A stretch of DNA of 64,000 nt. Source: an uncultured Alphaproteobacteria bacterium. Lineage in GTDB: Bacteria > Pseudomonadota > Alphaproteobacteria > HIMB59 > GCA-002718135. Below, in pieces: positions 62,693 through 64,000 of the stretch. The position numbers and the translations under genes are program-made. Numbering within the stretch: position 1 is the first letter of the stretch; each line of letters opens with the position of its first letter. The notes beneath the pieces were generated by a model. It did not search any database and was not told the origin of the DNA. It worked only from the letters and a program-made list of their open reading frames with translations. The DNA lies in the NCBI GenBank assembly GCA_902605135.1, contig CACLBK010000002.1:2164-66163 (forward strand), written 5' to 3'.

Positions 62693-63788
62693 ATGACAGA
62701 TCTTGAAACTATAGAATTAAATTTAAAAAAAATAAGATCAAACTTTGATCTTATAAGGAGGGGGGTTTGACTATAACTTACTGAAAAGTAAATTAGACGA
62801 TTTAAAAATAAAAAGTTCAGATCCTGATATTTGGAAAAAAGATGATGCAAAAAGCATTTTTCAAGAAATTAAAAATATTGAAAACACAATTAATGATTTT
62901 AATAGTTTAGAAAAATTAATAAATGAAAATCAAGAAATATATAATTATATTCAAGAAAATAATGAAGCATCACTATTAAGTGAACTTAATAAGGAAGTTA
63001 GATTAACTTTAAAATTATCAGAAAAAATTCGTTATGTTAGTTTGTTAAATGATGAGGCTGATCATCTAAATACATTTATTGAGATACATGCTGGAGCTGG
63101 TGGTACAGAAAGTCAAGATTGGGCAGAAATGTTACAAAGAATGTACTTAAGATGGTGTGATACTAAAGATAATTGTGAAGCTGTACTTTTACAAGAAATG
63201 CGTGGTGAAGAAGCTGGGATAAAATCATGTACATTAAAAGTTTTTATGAATTACTCTTATGGATGGTTGAAAGCTGAGAGTGGAATTCACAGACTTGTTA
63301 GAATTTCACCTTTTGATAGCAATAAAAGAAGGCATACAAGTTTTGCAAGTGTTTGGGTTTATCCTGAAATTGATGAAAAAATTGAGATAGATTTAAAAGA
63401 TAGCGATCTACGAATCGATACATACAGAGCATCCGGTGCAGGTGGCCAACATGTAAATAAAACTGATAGCGCTGTTCGAATAACTCATCTTCCAACTAAC
63501 ATAGTTGTTCAATGTCAAAGTGATAGATCACAACATAAAAATAGATCTAATGCAATGAAAATGATTAAATCAAGAATTTATGAAACTGAACTTCAAAAAA
63601 GAAAAGAAAATGAAAATATAAAAAATAAAGAGAAAAAAGATATTGGTTGGGGTAATCAAATTAGATCATATGTTTTACATCCTTACAAACAAATAAAAGA
63701 TTTAAGAACTGGTTATGAAACTTCTAATGTAAATGATATTTTAGATGGAAAAATAGATAATTTTTTAGAAAATTCTCTAACCTTATAA
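62693..63788 (+). CDS. prfB: Peptide chain release factor 2, requires programmed +1 frameshift at codon 26
   Basis: ORF0 is [25 protein letters not shown] followed by TGA (62768-62770). The +1 frame continues from GAC at 62769 with DYNLLKSKL... into the ORF-track frame (63042..63788), which contains SPF and the GGQ motif ([19 protein letters not shown]). Confidence 0.92.
62756..62771 (+). promoter_or_regulatory. prfB +1 frameshift cassette (internal SD + shift codon + UGA C)
   Basis: AGGAGG (62756-62761), a 3-nt spacer GGG, GTT TGA C (62765-62771). The geometry matches the E. coli cassette AGGGGG-TAT-CTT TGA C. Confidence 0.85.
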
Positions 63789-63793
63789 ACCTA

Positions 63794-64000
63794 CTAAAGT
63801 ATTTTTAAAATACCTACCTTTTTTTTACCAACTGTTATTTTAATTTCTTTTTGCCCTAAATATTTTTTTAAAGATAAATCATTATTTTTATATAATTGAT
63901 CATTTACTTTAATACCCTCAGATTTAATTAATCTTTTTATTTCACTTCTACTTTTAACTAAATTCAGTTTTTCAATTGCATCTAAAATAGTGAAGTTATC
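63794..64000 (-). CDS. tyrS: Tyrosyl-tRNA synthetase, C-terminal S4-like domain fragment (gene continues beyond window)
   Basis: The minus-strand frame is open from the window edge to TAG (63796-63794). Its product ...VKSRSEIKRLIKSEGIKVNDQ...ITVGKKKVGILKIL resembles the TyrRS C-terminal S4 RNA-binding domain. Confidence 0.65.
   Translation of the reverse strand, partial: DNFTILDAIEKLNLVKSRSEIKRLIKSEGIKVNDQLYKNNDLSLKKYLGQKEIKITVGKKKVGILKIL

Overview
This is a very AT-rich, extremely gene-dense bacterial chromosomal segment. It looks like a streamlined marine alphaproteobacterium, SAR11/Pelagibacterales-like. That is an inference from composition, pervasive start/stop overlaps, an NDUFA12-like gene, a circularly permuted tmRNA gene and a long-linker FtsZ. 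I support about 70 CDS, nearly all housekeeping. They are ftsA'-ftsZ-lpxC, fumC, gpmA, folA-thyA, mrp, hflKC-yjeT-degP-miaA, ilvBNC-leuA, mreBCD-mrdA-rodA, livGFHM plus an oppositely oriented livJ-type binding protein, gpsA, a deoC-ALDH-rbsD/fucU-rbsK cluster, sbcB, uppP, rpe, ispB, sppA, glycyl-tRNA synthetase, pyrC, accBC-aroQ, dcd, rne, mrcA, prfB and tyrS'. One RNA gene is missing from the ORF track: a two-piece (permuted) tmRNA at about 8597-8845 on the minus strand. prfB carries its programmed +1 frameshift, apparently on GUU_UGA_C rather than CUU_UGA_C. I see no mobile elements, CRISPR arrays, integrases, toxin-antitoxin pairs or recognisable defence genes, and I cannot honestly claim a clear new multi-gene system. 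The best candidates for something undescribed are: (1) an unannotated 27-codon, extremely basic ORF with its own promoter-like boxes directly upstream of an SbmA/BacA-like peptide transporter; (2) a 786-aa aldehyde dehydrogenase with a second, truncated and catalytically degenerate ALDH repeat inside a deoC/rbsK sugar cluster; (3) a convergent FkbM-methyltransferase and two-domain GNAT-like gene pair near the tmRNA gene. All product calls come from motif recognition by eye, with no database search.
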